From: Candidatus Dormiibacterota bacterium
Lineage (GTDB): Bacteria > Chloroflexota > Dormibacteria > Aeolococcales > Aeolococcaceae
NCBI GenBank assembly: GCA_963718525.1
Contig: OY970355.1
Location: forward strand, 2,496,001 to 2,560,000
Direction: 5' to 3'
Length of the DNA: 64,000 nt
Part shown: piece after piece, positions 9,152 to 17,614 of the stretch
Position numbering within the stretch: position 1 is the first letter of the stretch
Layout: every line of letters starts with the position of its first letter
Notes under the pieces: model-generated
The model's input: the letters and a program-made list of their open reading frames with translations, nothing else
The model's database searches: none
Told to the model about the DNA's origin: nothing
Translations under genes and position numbers: made by a program

Positions 9152-9984
9152 GCCTCGACTGCCCGGAGCAACGCGTTCCGCACCGCGCCGGGTGGCGCCA
9201 TCCTTCCGGTCCAGATCTCGAAGCTCAGGAGGCCCTGTTGCAGCAGCATCTCGAGTCCGTCGCTCGCGCGATGACCGGTTTCCAGTGCTGCGGACACGAC
9301 GTCGACGGGGCGCGGGCCGTAGCGCAGGTCGACGACGGTGCAGCCCCGAGGGACTCCGCGCGGGTCGAAGGGCAGGTCATCAAGCCCAACCGGAGTCGCA
9401 TTGACGACGATTGCCGAATGCGCGCTCGTGGCAGCGATCGCGTCCCCGGCCCACGGGATGGTAGCGATATCACCAGAGTGCCGCAGCCGGGCCACGACGC
9501 TTTCGGCGGCCCCGTCCCGCCTCGCGGCGATGCGCAGCCTCAGGAGCGGAACACCGATGAGCGACAGGGCCACGGCTGCGGCGGCGCCGCCGGCACCGAG
9601 GAGGAGAGCCGTCGCACCCTGGCGCGGCCACATCGACGCGTGGCTCAGTGCCAGCTCGAAACCGTCGCTGTCGGTGGTGTACCCCACGAGCCGCCGCCCG
9701 CGCACCGTGATCGTGTTGACGACCCCGAGCGAGTCGGCGTCACCATCGAGGCGGTCGCATTTCGCCGCCATCACCGCTTTGTATGGCGTCGTGACGTTGC
9801 ACCCCGTGTAGCGCCCCTCGCGTAGCTCGGCGACGAACGCATCGATGTCCTCCGGGCGCAGGTCGCGCAGCTCATAGGTGCCCTCGACGCCGGTTGCCTG
9901 CATCGCGGCCTGGTGCATGACCGGGCTTGGCGACCGCGAGATGCCGGCGCCGACAAGGCACAGCCGGAGTGGGCGGGTGCTCAC
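9148..9984 (-). CDS. aroE: Shikimate dehydrogenase
   Basis: SRSP.MH, GCNVTTPYK, VNTI, G.TTDSDG, LGAGGAA, VNATPVG, DGLEMLLQQG. Confidence 0.95.
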   Translation of the reverse strand: MSTRPLRLCLVGAGISRSPSPVMHQAAMQATGVEGTYELRDLRPEDIDAFVAELREGRYTGCNVTTPYKAVMAAKCDRLDGDADSLGVVNTITVRGRRLVGYTTDSDGFELALSHASMWPRQGATALLLGAGGAAAAVALSLIGVPLLRLRIAARRDGAAESVVARLRHSGDIATIPWAGDAIAATSAHSAIVVNATPVGLDDLPFDPRGVPRGCTVVDLRYGPRPVDVVSAALETGHRASDGLEMLLQQGLLSFEIWTGRMAPPGAVRNALLRAVEA

Positions 9985-10442
9985 GGGGATGTGCGCGACG
10001 CCGCGATACGCCGGGCGTCGAGCCAGTTCTGGAGCAGCACAGCCGCCGCGACGGAATCGATCACCTCGCGCCGGCGCTTGCGCCGGACGCCGCTCTCGAT
10101 CAGTGCGCGCTCGGCGATGGTCGTCGTGAATCGCTCGTCCCAGAGCTCGATCTTCGCAGCGGTGCGCCGCGCCAGCTCGCCAGCGAAGGTCCGGGCCGCC
10201 GCGGCTGCTTCGCCCTCGCTACCGTCGAGGCGGCGGGGTAAACCGATGACGACTCGGTCCACCCGGCGATCCTCCATCTCGCGAGCGATTCGCGTCCACA
10301 GGGTTCGTGGCTCGTTGGGAATGGTCCCCACCGGGGAGGAGAGTGTGCACGTCTCATCTGAGACAGCTAGGCCGACACGTACCGAGCCGACGTCGATGCC
10401 GAGGACGCGCGAACGATTGGTACCGTCCCCGGACGGGATCAC
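9981..10442 (-). CDS. ruvX: YqgF/RuvX pre-16S rRNA nuclease / resolvase-like protein
   Basis: VLGIDVGSVRVGLAVSD, VVIGLP, WDERFTT, IDSVAAAVLLQ. Start GTG 10442 overlaps the upstream stop. Confidence 0.95.
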   Translation of the reverse strand: MIPSGDGTNRSRVLGIDVGSVRVGLAVSDETCTLSSPVGTIPNEPRTLWTRIAREMEDRRVDRVVIGLPRRLDGSEGEAAAAARTFAGELARRTAAKIELWDERFTTTIAERALIESGVRRKRRREVIDSVAAAVLLQNWLDARRIAASRTSP

Positions 10443-12160
10443 GGCGGCTTGGTGGAGATTGCGACGAAGTCCTCGACGATCTCGATCTGGGATGCTCGCA
10501 GGGGAAGATAGAAGAGCTGGAACGGCCATTCCGAGACCTTCACGCCCTGGACCTTGGCGACGTTGCTCTCCACGATCTTCTGGGCGTTCCCTGGATTGCG
10601 GCCGGTGAGCTGCGCTTTGAGGCCGTTGAGGTTGACGGTGGGCTGGCTGAACGCAGTCGCCGAGCACGCGAGGACCACAGTCCCGTTCACGTTCGCCTGG
10701 GTTACGGCACAGGGCGGCGTTGTCAAGCTGCCCTTGGCCAGCACGTCACCGGGTTTGACGAGCCTGTCGAGATCGGCGATGACGTCGTTGCGCACGGCGA
10801 TCGCGTCATAGATGGCGGCCTGTTCCGCGCCGGCGACCTGAATCTGGGTCGCGGCGAACTGCGCGTTCACAGCGGGGAGCGCCGGCTTCACGGAGAACGA
10901 GATCGCCTGCCCCCCGCCCGTCGGATCCTTGGCGACCGTCTTGCCCGCCGCCCTCGCCTGGAGATCGGTCCCGAGCTGGGAGGTGAGCTGCGTTTCGATC
11001 TGGGTGACCTGGGCCGTCCAGTTAGCGACGTCGGTTGCACTTGCCGCAGTGACCTGTTTCGGATCGGCACCGCCCGTGGCCGCGCTCTGGTTGGTCAGCG
11101 CGATGTGGATGCCCGGGCAGAGCACGCCGGGGCAGGGATCGCCCTGCCATGAGGTGAGGCTCCCGCTCGGAACATTGCCACTTGCCCCGGCCGTCAGGTC
11201 GGCATAGGGCGCCGTGGCGTTATACGGATGCCCGCTGCAGGCTCCAGTCGGCGGTGGATTGGCCGGCCCAATACAGATGAAGGTGCTCCGGGTGGGGGCG
11301 AACGTGATGGATTGGTCGGACGTCTGCACGTACGAGCTCGTGTTGTTGGTCGGCAGCTGAAACCCGATGTCGGAGGGGGCATCAGTCGAGAAGAGCACGG
11401 TCGCCCGCGCCGCCACCGCCGGGACCGTTGTGGTTCCAGTCGGAGTTGCCTGAAACTGCGATTGGGTCTGGCTCGCGACGATACCGGTGAGGACATGGTC
11501 CTGCTGGGTCGCCGCAGTCGGATTGGTGGTGCCCTGGATCGTCGAGTTCACCGACAGCGGCGTCGCTGCAATCGTGATGGTGAGCTTCGCGTTTGGCCCC
11601 AGCGCCATGAACAGGATGATGCCGAGGACGGCGACCGCGGCGCCGGCCACGTAGAGGAAGCGCCGGCGATCCCAGCCGCGCGAGGGCCGCGCGGGCGGTA
11701 TCTGGGTGATGACGCGGCGCGGCTCGAGCCGCGCAGTTGCCGGCGCGTGGGTCGGCGGGGTGAGCGTCGGAGGCGCCGGTGGGGGCGCCGGAGGCGGCTC
11801 CAGCACCGCGGCTGCGGCGGCTGCGCCGGCAGCCCCGGCTCCGGCGCCTCTGCTCAGGCCGGCACCACCGGTGCGTGGGCCGGCCAGCTCGATGCCACGC
11901 TCGAATGCCGGCACGGATCCGTAGACCTGCAGTCCATTGGCGCGAGCGAGCTGCTGGAGGCGCGGATCCTCGGTGACGATCGACGTCCGCCGGCCCGACT
12001 GATTGCTGAACTGAGCCAGCAGGCGGACGTTGAGGGGCGTCTGCAGGGCGCGATTGGAGCCCGGCACGACCAGTCCAACGTCGGGGTCGGCCGACGCGCG
12101 AACCCGATCGATGAGATCAACGATCTCGTCGTCGGCCCGGGCTATGAGAACAGCCGTCAT
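10439..12160 (-). CDS. Single-pass membrane protein: N-terminal alpha/beta domain, Pro/Ala linker, TM helix, large Thr-rich extracytoplasmic region resembling baseplate J/gp47-like proteins
   Basis: 573 aa. RRR then FLYVAGAAVAVLGIILFMALG TM. ATPTG....PAVAARATVLF, A...GASGNVPSGSL and V/LTN.SAATGG.D resemble baseplate-J-like signatures by eye. Six Cys in three close pairs. The CDS is solid; the family label is tentative. Confidence 0.75.
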   Translation of the reverse strand: MTAVLIARADDEIVDLIDRVRASADPDVGLVVPGSNRALQTPLNVRLLAQFSNQSGRRTSIVTEDPRLQQLARANGLQVYGSVPAFERGIELAGPRTGGAGLSRGAGAGAAGAAAAAAVLEPPPAPPPAPPTLTPPTHAPATARLEPRRVITQIPPARPSRGWDRRRFLYVAGAAVAVLGIILFMALGPNAKLTITIAATPLSVNSTIQGTTNPTAATQQDHVLTGIVASQTQSQFQATPTGTTTVPAVAARATVLFSTDAPSDIGFQLPTNNTSSYVQTSDQSITFAPTRSTFICIGPANPPPTGACSGHPYNATAPYADLTAGASGNVPSGSLTSWQGDPCPGVLCPGIHIALTNQSAATGGADPKQVTAASATDVANWTAQVTQIETQLTSQLGTDLQARAAGKTVAKDPTGGGQAISFSVKPALPAVNAQFAATQIQVAGAEQAAIYDAIAVRNDVIADLDRLVKPGDVLAKGSLTTPPCAVTQANVNGTVVLACSATAFSQPTVNLNGLKAQLTGRNPGNAQKIVESNVAKVQGVKVSEWPFQLFYLPLRASQIEIVEDFVAISTKPP

Positions 12161-12166
12161 CGGCGC

Positions 12167-13432
12167 CTATACCTTCATCGTCTTCAAAACGCGGCGCATG
12201 AGCCCGCCGAGGGGCTCGTCCGCGTCATCTTCCAGCGTCACAGCGTGACGCGCAAGCCCCATCGGGGTGACGTCCTGGCTCCCGACCAGGAGACCGGTCG
12301 TGTCGTACACGCCGGTGACGTCGCCCGGACCGAGGACCTTGACCGTCGGAGGGCGGGTGAACGGAACCGTGTCCGACCAGTCGAGGATTCGAAGTTGCTC
12401 GGCCACCTCGGGCAGCGCCGCGCCGCCGCCGGCGAGGCAGATCGAACCCGGGAGGGGGTCCGGTCCCGCGAGCTCTTCGAGGGTCAGCGCCACGCCTTGG
12501 GCGAGCACCTCCGCGGTGGGCGTCAGCGCTCGGCGGGCCATCGCGCTCTGCTCTGCCGCCAGGTGGCCCTCACTGTGCGCAACCTTGAAACGCTCCGCCT
12601 CATCGAGATCCATCGAGAGATCGGTCGCGAGACGCTTGGTGAACGAGCGGCCGCCGAGGGCGAACATCCTGGTGGCCTCGATGCCGCCCCGCCGGACCAC
12701 CGCGATGTCGGTGGTCCCGCCGCCGACGTCGACGAAGATGGCTCCCAACTCGTGGGACTCGGCTGACGCGCAGCCACGGGCCAGCGCGTACGGCTCGGCA
12801 ACCGTGGCCACGAGCTCGAGGTCGAGCTCCTGGGCGATGGCCTGCAGCGCGCCGATGTGCGTGAGCGGAGCGAACGTGTTGAACACAGTGATTTCGACGA
12901 CGTGGCCCTGGAAGTCCACCGGGTTGCTGACCGCGTAGCCGTCGATGCGCACCGAGGTGATCGTGCTGTGGACCAGCTTGACGTTCACCTCCTGCACGCC
13001 CAGGTCGTGCGACATCTGACGCACCGCTTCTCGCAGCGCTCGTCGCTGCACGGCCTGGAGCGCCGTTGCGAGATCAGCCTGGGTGATGCGGGCCTGTGGC
13101 TGAGGCCTCGGCATGGTCATGGTGGTGCTGAAGCCGCGGACCTGCTCCCCCGCGATACCGATGACGGCCTGACCGGGGATGGTCTCGCACATGTCCTCGG
13201 CTTCGGTGAGGGCGCGGTCGCAGTTGTCGATGACCGCCTGGAGATCCGCGACGGCGCCGGCCTGCATGTGCGTCTGTGCCTGACGCACCTTGCCGACCCC
13301 GAGCACGATGCCCTTGTCGTTCTCGCGTTTGACGATCAACGCCTTGACGAACTCGGTCCCGATGTCGAGGACCGTGTAATGGCTCTGGAACTCCTCACGC
13401 CGCTTCAGGAGCGCGAACTTGCGCTTGCCCAT
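12167..13432 (-). CDS. FtsA-like actin-fold ATPase (orphan; no ftsZ/ftsQ nearby)
   Basis: Phosphate-1 LDIGTEFVKA, SHS2/1C-like insert (IGIAGEQVRG...IT..DL), AEPYALA, phosphate-2 VDVGGGTTD, GG..FT..LA, AE..K, adenosine LAGGGAAL, C-terminal amphipathic LGGLMRRVLKTMKV. Confidence 0.88.
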   Translation of the reverse strand: MGKRKFALLKRREEFQSHYTVLDIGTEFVKALIVKRENDKGIVLGVGKVRQAQTHMQAGAVADLQAVIDNCDRALTEAEDMCETIPGQAVIGIAGEQVRGFSTTMTMPRPQPQARITQADLATALQAVQRRALREAVRQMSHDLGVQEVNVKLVHSTITSVRIDGYAVSNPVDFQGHVVEITVFNTFAPLTHIGALQAIAQELDLELVATVAEPYALARGCASAESHELGAIFVDVGGGTTDIAVVRRGGIEATRMFALGGRSFTKRLATDLSMDLDEAERFKVAHSEGHLAAEQSAMARRALTPTAEVLAQGVALTLEELAGPDPLPGSICLAGGGAALPEVAEQLRILDWSDTVPFTRPPTVKVLGPGDVTGVYDTTGLLVGSQDVTPMGLARHAVTLEDDADEPLGGLMRRVLKTMKV

Positions 13433-16038
13433 CAGGCGGCGCTTCCCATCGTCTCGGTGATGGTCTGACGAACCGCCGACACGGCGGCTTCCCGTTTGGC
13501 TGGGTCGCCAACCTTGCCCCGGCCGAGGTCGGGGCGTCCCCCGCCCTTGCCGCCGGTGATCGCCGCGGCACCGGTGACCAGCGTGCCGGCGTGGATGCCG
13601 GCGTCGAGGGCACGACCCCCGACCTTGATCACCAGCGTGGCTGGACCGAGCACCGCCGCGACCCCGTCGCCGTGGAGCCGGTCGGCGAGCAGGCGGTCGC
13701 CGGCCTGGGAGACGGATTCGGCGTCGACGTCGCCGTCGAGGAGGACGTGGGCGAAGGGGACACCGGCGACGTCCTCCACCACCGCGGCGTCGATGGGCGC
13801 CGTCGGTGGCGCGGCATGGCGCGCCTGGCCGACCTCCTTGGTCAGCTTCCGTACCTGGTCCTGCAGAGCGGCGACCCGTTCGGGGACCTCCTCCGGGCGG
13901 GTCTTGAGCGCCCGTGCCGTGGTCTGGAGCGCCGACCCGAGACGCCGCCAGCGCTCCTCGGCGCTTTCGCCCGCAACGAGCTCGATGCGACGGATGCCCT
14001 GACCGATGCTGCTCTCCGAGACGATGATCGCTGCGCCGACGTCACCACTCCGGCTCACATGGGTGCCGCCGCACAGCTCTCGCGACCAGCCCCCGAAGTC
14101 GACGACGCGAACGTCGGGCGAGTACGCCTCATCGATCAGCGCGATGGCCCCGCTGGCGCGCGCGTCCGCAAGCGGCATGAGCGCGACGGTTCGTGCAAGG
14201 TTGCGCCGGATGCCGTCATTGACCCGATGTTCGATCTCGCTCAGCTCCTCGGAGATCAATGGCCTCGAGAACGCGAAGTCGAACGTCGTGTGGTCCGGCC
14301 CGACGAACGAACCGCGCTGCACGACGCCCTCGCCCAGAACCTCGCGAAGGGCGCGATTCAGCAGATGCGTGGCGCTGTGGTGGCGCGCGATCCTGCCTCG
14401 ACGGATCTCGTCGACATGAGCGTGCACCGCCTGACCCGGTCGCAGCTCGCCTGCCTCGACGAGCACGTCGTGCGCCCGGGCATCACTGCCCGCGACCGGC
14501 TGGGTGTCCCGGACGACGCCACTCCCCCCGGGCCACGACAGCGTCCCGCTGTCCCCCACCTGGCCTCCGGCCTCGGCGTAGAAGGGCGAGACATCGAGCA
14601 GCACCGGGCCGGCTTCTCCTCTGCCGAGGAACTCGATCTGGTTGTCGAGCCCGATGCGCAGTACGGTGGCGTCCGCCTCCAGAACGTCGTAGCCGACGAA
14701 GCGGGTCGGCGGGAGGGCGTCAGCACCCGCAAAACCCACGCGGCGCGCTGACGCCTGTCCGCGCTCTCGCTGTTGCTGCATCGCGGTCTCGAATCCCCGG
14801 AGATCGACCGTGGCTCCGCGCTCGGCTGCCATCTCGACCGTTAACTCGATTGGGAGCCCGAAGGTGTCATAGAGACGGAACGCATCAGCGCCATCGATCG
14901 TCGCCGGATTTCTCGCGAGCAGCGCCGCGAGCCGTTCGGTGGCCGCATCGAGGGTCCTGGCAAAGCCCTCCTCTTCGATCTCCAGGGTTTCCCTGATCAG
15001 TCCACGGAACTCGACGAGCTCCGGATAGACGGCACCCATGACCCCGACGAGGTCGTCGGTACCGGCCGCGAGCCCACCGCTGAGCGCCACCCGCCGGCCG
15101 TGGACTGCCGCGCGCCGGATGAGCCTCCGGAGCACGTAACCGCGACCGTCATTCGAGGGGAGCACGCCGGCGCTGACCAGGAACCCCGCACCCCGAAGGT
15201 GGTCGGCGAGGACGTAGAGCGATCGTGTGAGCTCCGGGTCCGAGATCGGCTTGGTCGCGCGCGCACGAAAGCCGTCGACCAGCGGGGCGAAGTGGTCCGT
15301 GCCATACCCGGTGCGGTCGCCCTGGACGATCGCCACGATCCGGTCGAATCCCAGGCCGGTATCGACCGTCGGATTGGGCAGCGGCAGCCTCGACCCATCC
15401 GGCTGCTGATCGAACTCCATGAACACCAGGTTCCAGAACTCCTCGAAGCGGTCGCCCCCGCATTCATCCTGCGGGGTGCAGTCGGTCCGGCCGCAGGAGC
15501 ATGCGCCGCCCCAGTCGAAATACAGCTCGCTGTCGTACCCGGACGGTCCGGTCGGCCCGGCGGCCCACCAATTCTCGGTGAGGCGCGAGATGCGCTCCCG
15601 CGGCACGCCGATCTTCTCGACCCAAAGCCGCTCGGACTCGGTGTCATCGGGGTAGATGCTCGGCCAGAGGCGGTCAGGATCGAGCCCGAGGACCTCGGTT
15701 GAAAACTCCCACGCGTAATCGATGGCTCCCTCTTTGAAGTAGTGGCCAATCGACCAGTTGCCAAGCATCTCGAAAAACGTGTGATGCGTCGGGTCACCGA
15801 CAGATGCCATGTCGTCGTATTTCAGGCCTGCGCCACGAAAGCATTTCTGACAGGAGGCGAGGTCGCGCGACGGCGGCGTTCGCTGCCCCGTGATCCACGG
15901 TTTCAACGGCACCATTCCGGCCACGACGAAGAGAAGCGACGGATCGTCGTGGGGGACGAGCGGAAAGCTCGGGAGACGGTAGTGTCCGCGCTCCTCGAAG
16001 AAGCGAAGAAATCGCTCCCGGATCTCAGAGCTGAGCAC
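13432..16038 (-). CDS. alaS: Alanine--tRNA ligase
   Basis: EIRERFLRFFEERGH, DPSLLF..AGM, HHTFFEMLGNWS, EFWNLVFM, DTGLG, PFYAEAGGQVGD, HSATHLL, ELCGGTH, GGKGGG. Start GTG 16038 or TTG 16044. Confidence 0.98.
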   Translation of the reverse strand: MLSSEIRERFLRFFEERGHYRLPSFPLVPHDDPSLLFVVAGMVPLKPWITGQRTPPSRDLASCQKCFRGAGLKYDDMASVGDPTHHTFFEMLGNWSIGHYFKEGAIDYAWEFSTEVLGLDPDRLWPSIYPDDTESERLWVEKIGVPRERISRLTENWWAAGPTGPSGYDSELYFDWGGACSCGRTDCTPQDECGGDRFEEFWNLVFMEFDQQPDGSRLPLPNPTVDTGLGFDRIVAIVQGDRTGYGTDHFAPLVDGFRARATKPISDPELTRSLYVLADHLRGAGFLVSAGVLPSNDGRGYVLRRLIRRAAVHGRRVALSGGLAAGTDDLVGVMGAVYPELVEFRGLIRETLEIEEEGFARTLDAATERLAALLARNPATIDGADAFRLYDTFGLPIELTVEMAAERGATVDLRGFETAMQQQRERGQASARRVGFAGADALPPTRFVGYDVLEADATVLRIGLDNQIEFLGRGEAGPVLLDVSPFYAEAGGQVGDSGTLSWPGGSGVVRDTQPVAGSDARAHDVLVEAGELRPGQAVHAHVDEIRRGRIARHHSATHLLNRALREVLGEGVVQRGSFVGPDHTTFDFAFSRPLISEELSEIEHRVNDGIRRNLARTVALMPLADARASGAIALIDEAYSPDVRVVDFGGWSRELCGGTHVSRSGDVGAAIIVSESSIGQGIRRIELVAGESAEERWRRLGSALQTTARALKTRPEEVPERVAALQDQVRKLTKEVGQARHAAPPTAPIDAAVVEDVAGVPFAHVLLDGDVDAESVSQAGDRLLADRLHGDGVAAVLGPATLVIKVGGRALDAGIHAGTLVTGAAAITGGKGGGRPDLGRGKVGDPAKREAAVSAVRQTITETMGSAA

Positions 16039-16042
16039 GTGC

Positions 16043-16073
16043 AAAAGAATTCGACAGCAAGTTGTCGAATTCT
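16043..16073 (-). terminator. Perfect 11-bp inverted repeat with short U-tract: probable intrinsic terminator of sigF, or an operator at alaS
   Basis: Plus strand AGAATTCGACA(16046-56)-gcaagt-TGTCGAATTCT(16063-73); on the minus strand it is followed by TTT. Overlaps the sigF stop codon. Confidence 0.65.
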
Positions 16074-16890
16074 ACACGGGGGCCTCCGCCCCGAACTCCT
16101 TGCGAAGGTGTTCGACGGCAGCGCGCTGCAAACGCGACACGTGCATTTGTGAAATGCCGAGCCGTTTTGCGACCTCCGTTTGCGGGAGCTGTTCGACGAA
16201 GCGCAACGCGAGGATCTTGCGTTCGCGCGGAGTCAGGTGCGCCATCACCTGCTCCAGGACATCCTGCATCTCGACGCGTTCGAGGTTGTCGTCGGCGAGC
16301 CCGAGACGATCGCCGAGCGTGAGCGGCTCGTCGCCGCCACCGACCGGGCCGTCGAGGGAGATCGTGTGCTGCGCCGGCGCCACCTCCATGGCGGCGAGCA
16401 CCTGGTCCGGCTCGAGCCCGACCCGCGCGCCGATCTCCGCGACCGAGGGCGACCTGCCCAGCTCGTTCTGGAGCTGCTGCGTGGCGGCGTTCACCTTGGT
16501 CAGGTTCTCCTGGAGCCGGCGAGGGACTCGCACCGCCCAGGAGCGGTCGCGGAAGTGACGCCGGATCTCCCCGGCGATCGTTGGCGTCGCGAACGTGCTG
16601 AACTCGTTCTCGAGCGACGGGTCGAAGCGTTCGATCGCCTGGATCAGGCCGAGGAATCCGACCTGTTCGATGTCTTCAAGCGGTTCACCTCGATTGGCAA
16701 ATCGGCGCGCGATGTAGTGGACCAGGTCGCTGTTCAGCTCGACGAGCCGTTCGCGGATGCGAGGATCGCGGCTCTTGCTGAACTCGCGCAGCAGCCGCCG
16801 CATCTCGGCGCGCTCAGCCGTCTCGGCAGGCTTGGCAATGGTTCGCTCGCGGGTCGCCACGCCGTCGCCGCGACCCGGCGAGGAGGTCAC
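16072..16890 (-). CDS. RNA polymerase sigma factor, SigB/SigF/SigG family
   Basis: LVHYIARRFANRGEPLEDIEQVG..GL..AIERFDP, FATPTIAGEIRRHFRD..WAVRVPRRLQE, Q.EVA..LGISQMHVSRL. Confidence 0.95.
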   Translation of the reverse strand: MTSSPGRGDGVATRERTIAKPAETAERAEMRRLLREFSKSRDPRIRERLVELNSDLVHYIARRFANRGEPLEDIEQVGFLGLIQAIERFDPSLENEFSTFATPTIAGEIRRHFRDRSWAVRVPRRLQENLTKVNAATQQLQNELGRSPSVAEIGARVGLEPDQVLAAMEVAPAQHTISLDGPVGGGDEPLTLGDRLGLADDNLERVEMQDVLEQVMAHLTPRERKILALRFVEQLPQTEVAKRLGISQMHVSRLQRAAVEHLRKEFGAEAPV

Positions 16891-17321
16891 GACGCCTTGT
16901 ATTTGGTCAGCCGGACGCGCAGGCTCCCAGTTCGCTCGTCGACCCGATACGTGCTGTCGTCGACAAAGAGCCCCATCAGCCGGAGCGCCAGGTCGGTCGC
17001 GGCTACAAGCTCCTCTTCATGCCCGAGCCCGGCCTGCTCGGCGCGAGCTCTGAGCTCGGCCTCGCGGTTCACCGTGCTTCGGACGTTCACCTCGAGCCCG
17101 GTGTCACTCATCTTGAACACGATGCGAACCTGACCGGCGATCGACCCGGAGTGCTCGAGGCATCGGATGGCGTTCTCGCAGGCCTGCGCCACGGCGATGG
17201 TGAGGTCGTCGATGGCGTCCATGTCGAAGCCGGCAAGCGAACCGAACGCGCCGGCGGCGCGCTTGGCGACGAGGACGTGGGCGCGATCAGCCGGCAGCCG
17301 GATCTCGGAAACAGTTCCCAT
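16887..17321 (-). CDS. Anti-sigma factor, RsbW/UsfX-like HATPase fold with degenerate kinase motifs
   Basis: IRLPA....V......A......GF....IDDL.IAVAQACENAI, LFVDD..Y, VRLTKY; GTGA-coupled to the sigma gene. Start ATG 17321. Confidence 0.85.
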   Translation of the reverse strand: MGTVSEIRLPADRAHVLVAKRAAGAFGSLAGFDMDAIDDLTIAVAQACENAIRCLEHSGSIAGQVRIVFKMSDTGLEVNVRSTVNREAELRARAEQAGLGHEEELVAATDLALRLMGLFVDDSTYRVDERTGSLRVRLTKYKAS

Positions 17322-17333
17322 CGCGGTGTTCAC

Positions 17334-17360
17334 ATACCCCACCGCTGGAGCACCCAAACC
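17334..17360 (-). promoter_or_regulatory. SigF/SigB-type promoter GGTTT-N16-GGGTAT upstream of the anti-sigma/sigma operon
   Basis: Minus strand GGTTT gggtgctccagcggtg GGGTAT, then 12 nt to the ATG; matches the known SigF/SigB consensus. Confidence 0.75.
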
Positions 17361-17376
17361 GCGATGGGCGCCAGGC

Positions 17377-17583
17377 TCAGACGCCGGATGGCTCGGATGA
17401 GGGCATCGACGGCGCGCCGGTGGTCGCCGCGCGACCCTCATCGACGGCTCCGGCGATCTCGGCCTCCCACTCCCGTGCCTCGGCCTCCTCCCGGCGGCGT
17501 GCACGCACGCGCCAGAAGAACACAGCACCGGTCACGGCCGCGCCTGCGGCCATCAGCCCTTTCTTACCGAACGGAACGCGCAT
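17377..17583 (-). CDS. Small single-TM hypothetical protein (68 aa)
   Basis: GGAGG SD; KKGLMAAGAAVTGAVFFWRVR TM followed by a charged tail. Confidence 0.7.
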   Translation of the reverse strand: MRVPFGKKGLMAAGAAVTGAVFFWRVRARRREEAEAREWEAEIAGAVDEGRAATTGAPSMPSSEPSGV

Positions 17584-17614
17584 ACAGGAGCCTCCCGAAT
17601 TGCCGACTCGGTGA

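Noticed and set aside
10439-12160. Prophage or contractile injection system suggested by the baseplate-like protein
   Set aside because: No sheath, tube, spike, terminase or integrase genes; the gene is translationally coupled to housekeeping genes and has a TM anchor.
12167-13432. Calling the actin-like gene canonical ftsA or pilM
   Set aside because: No ftsZ/ftsQ or pilNOP neighbours, and orthology cannot be settled without a tree, so no symbol was given.
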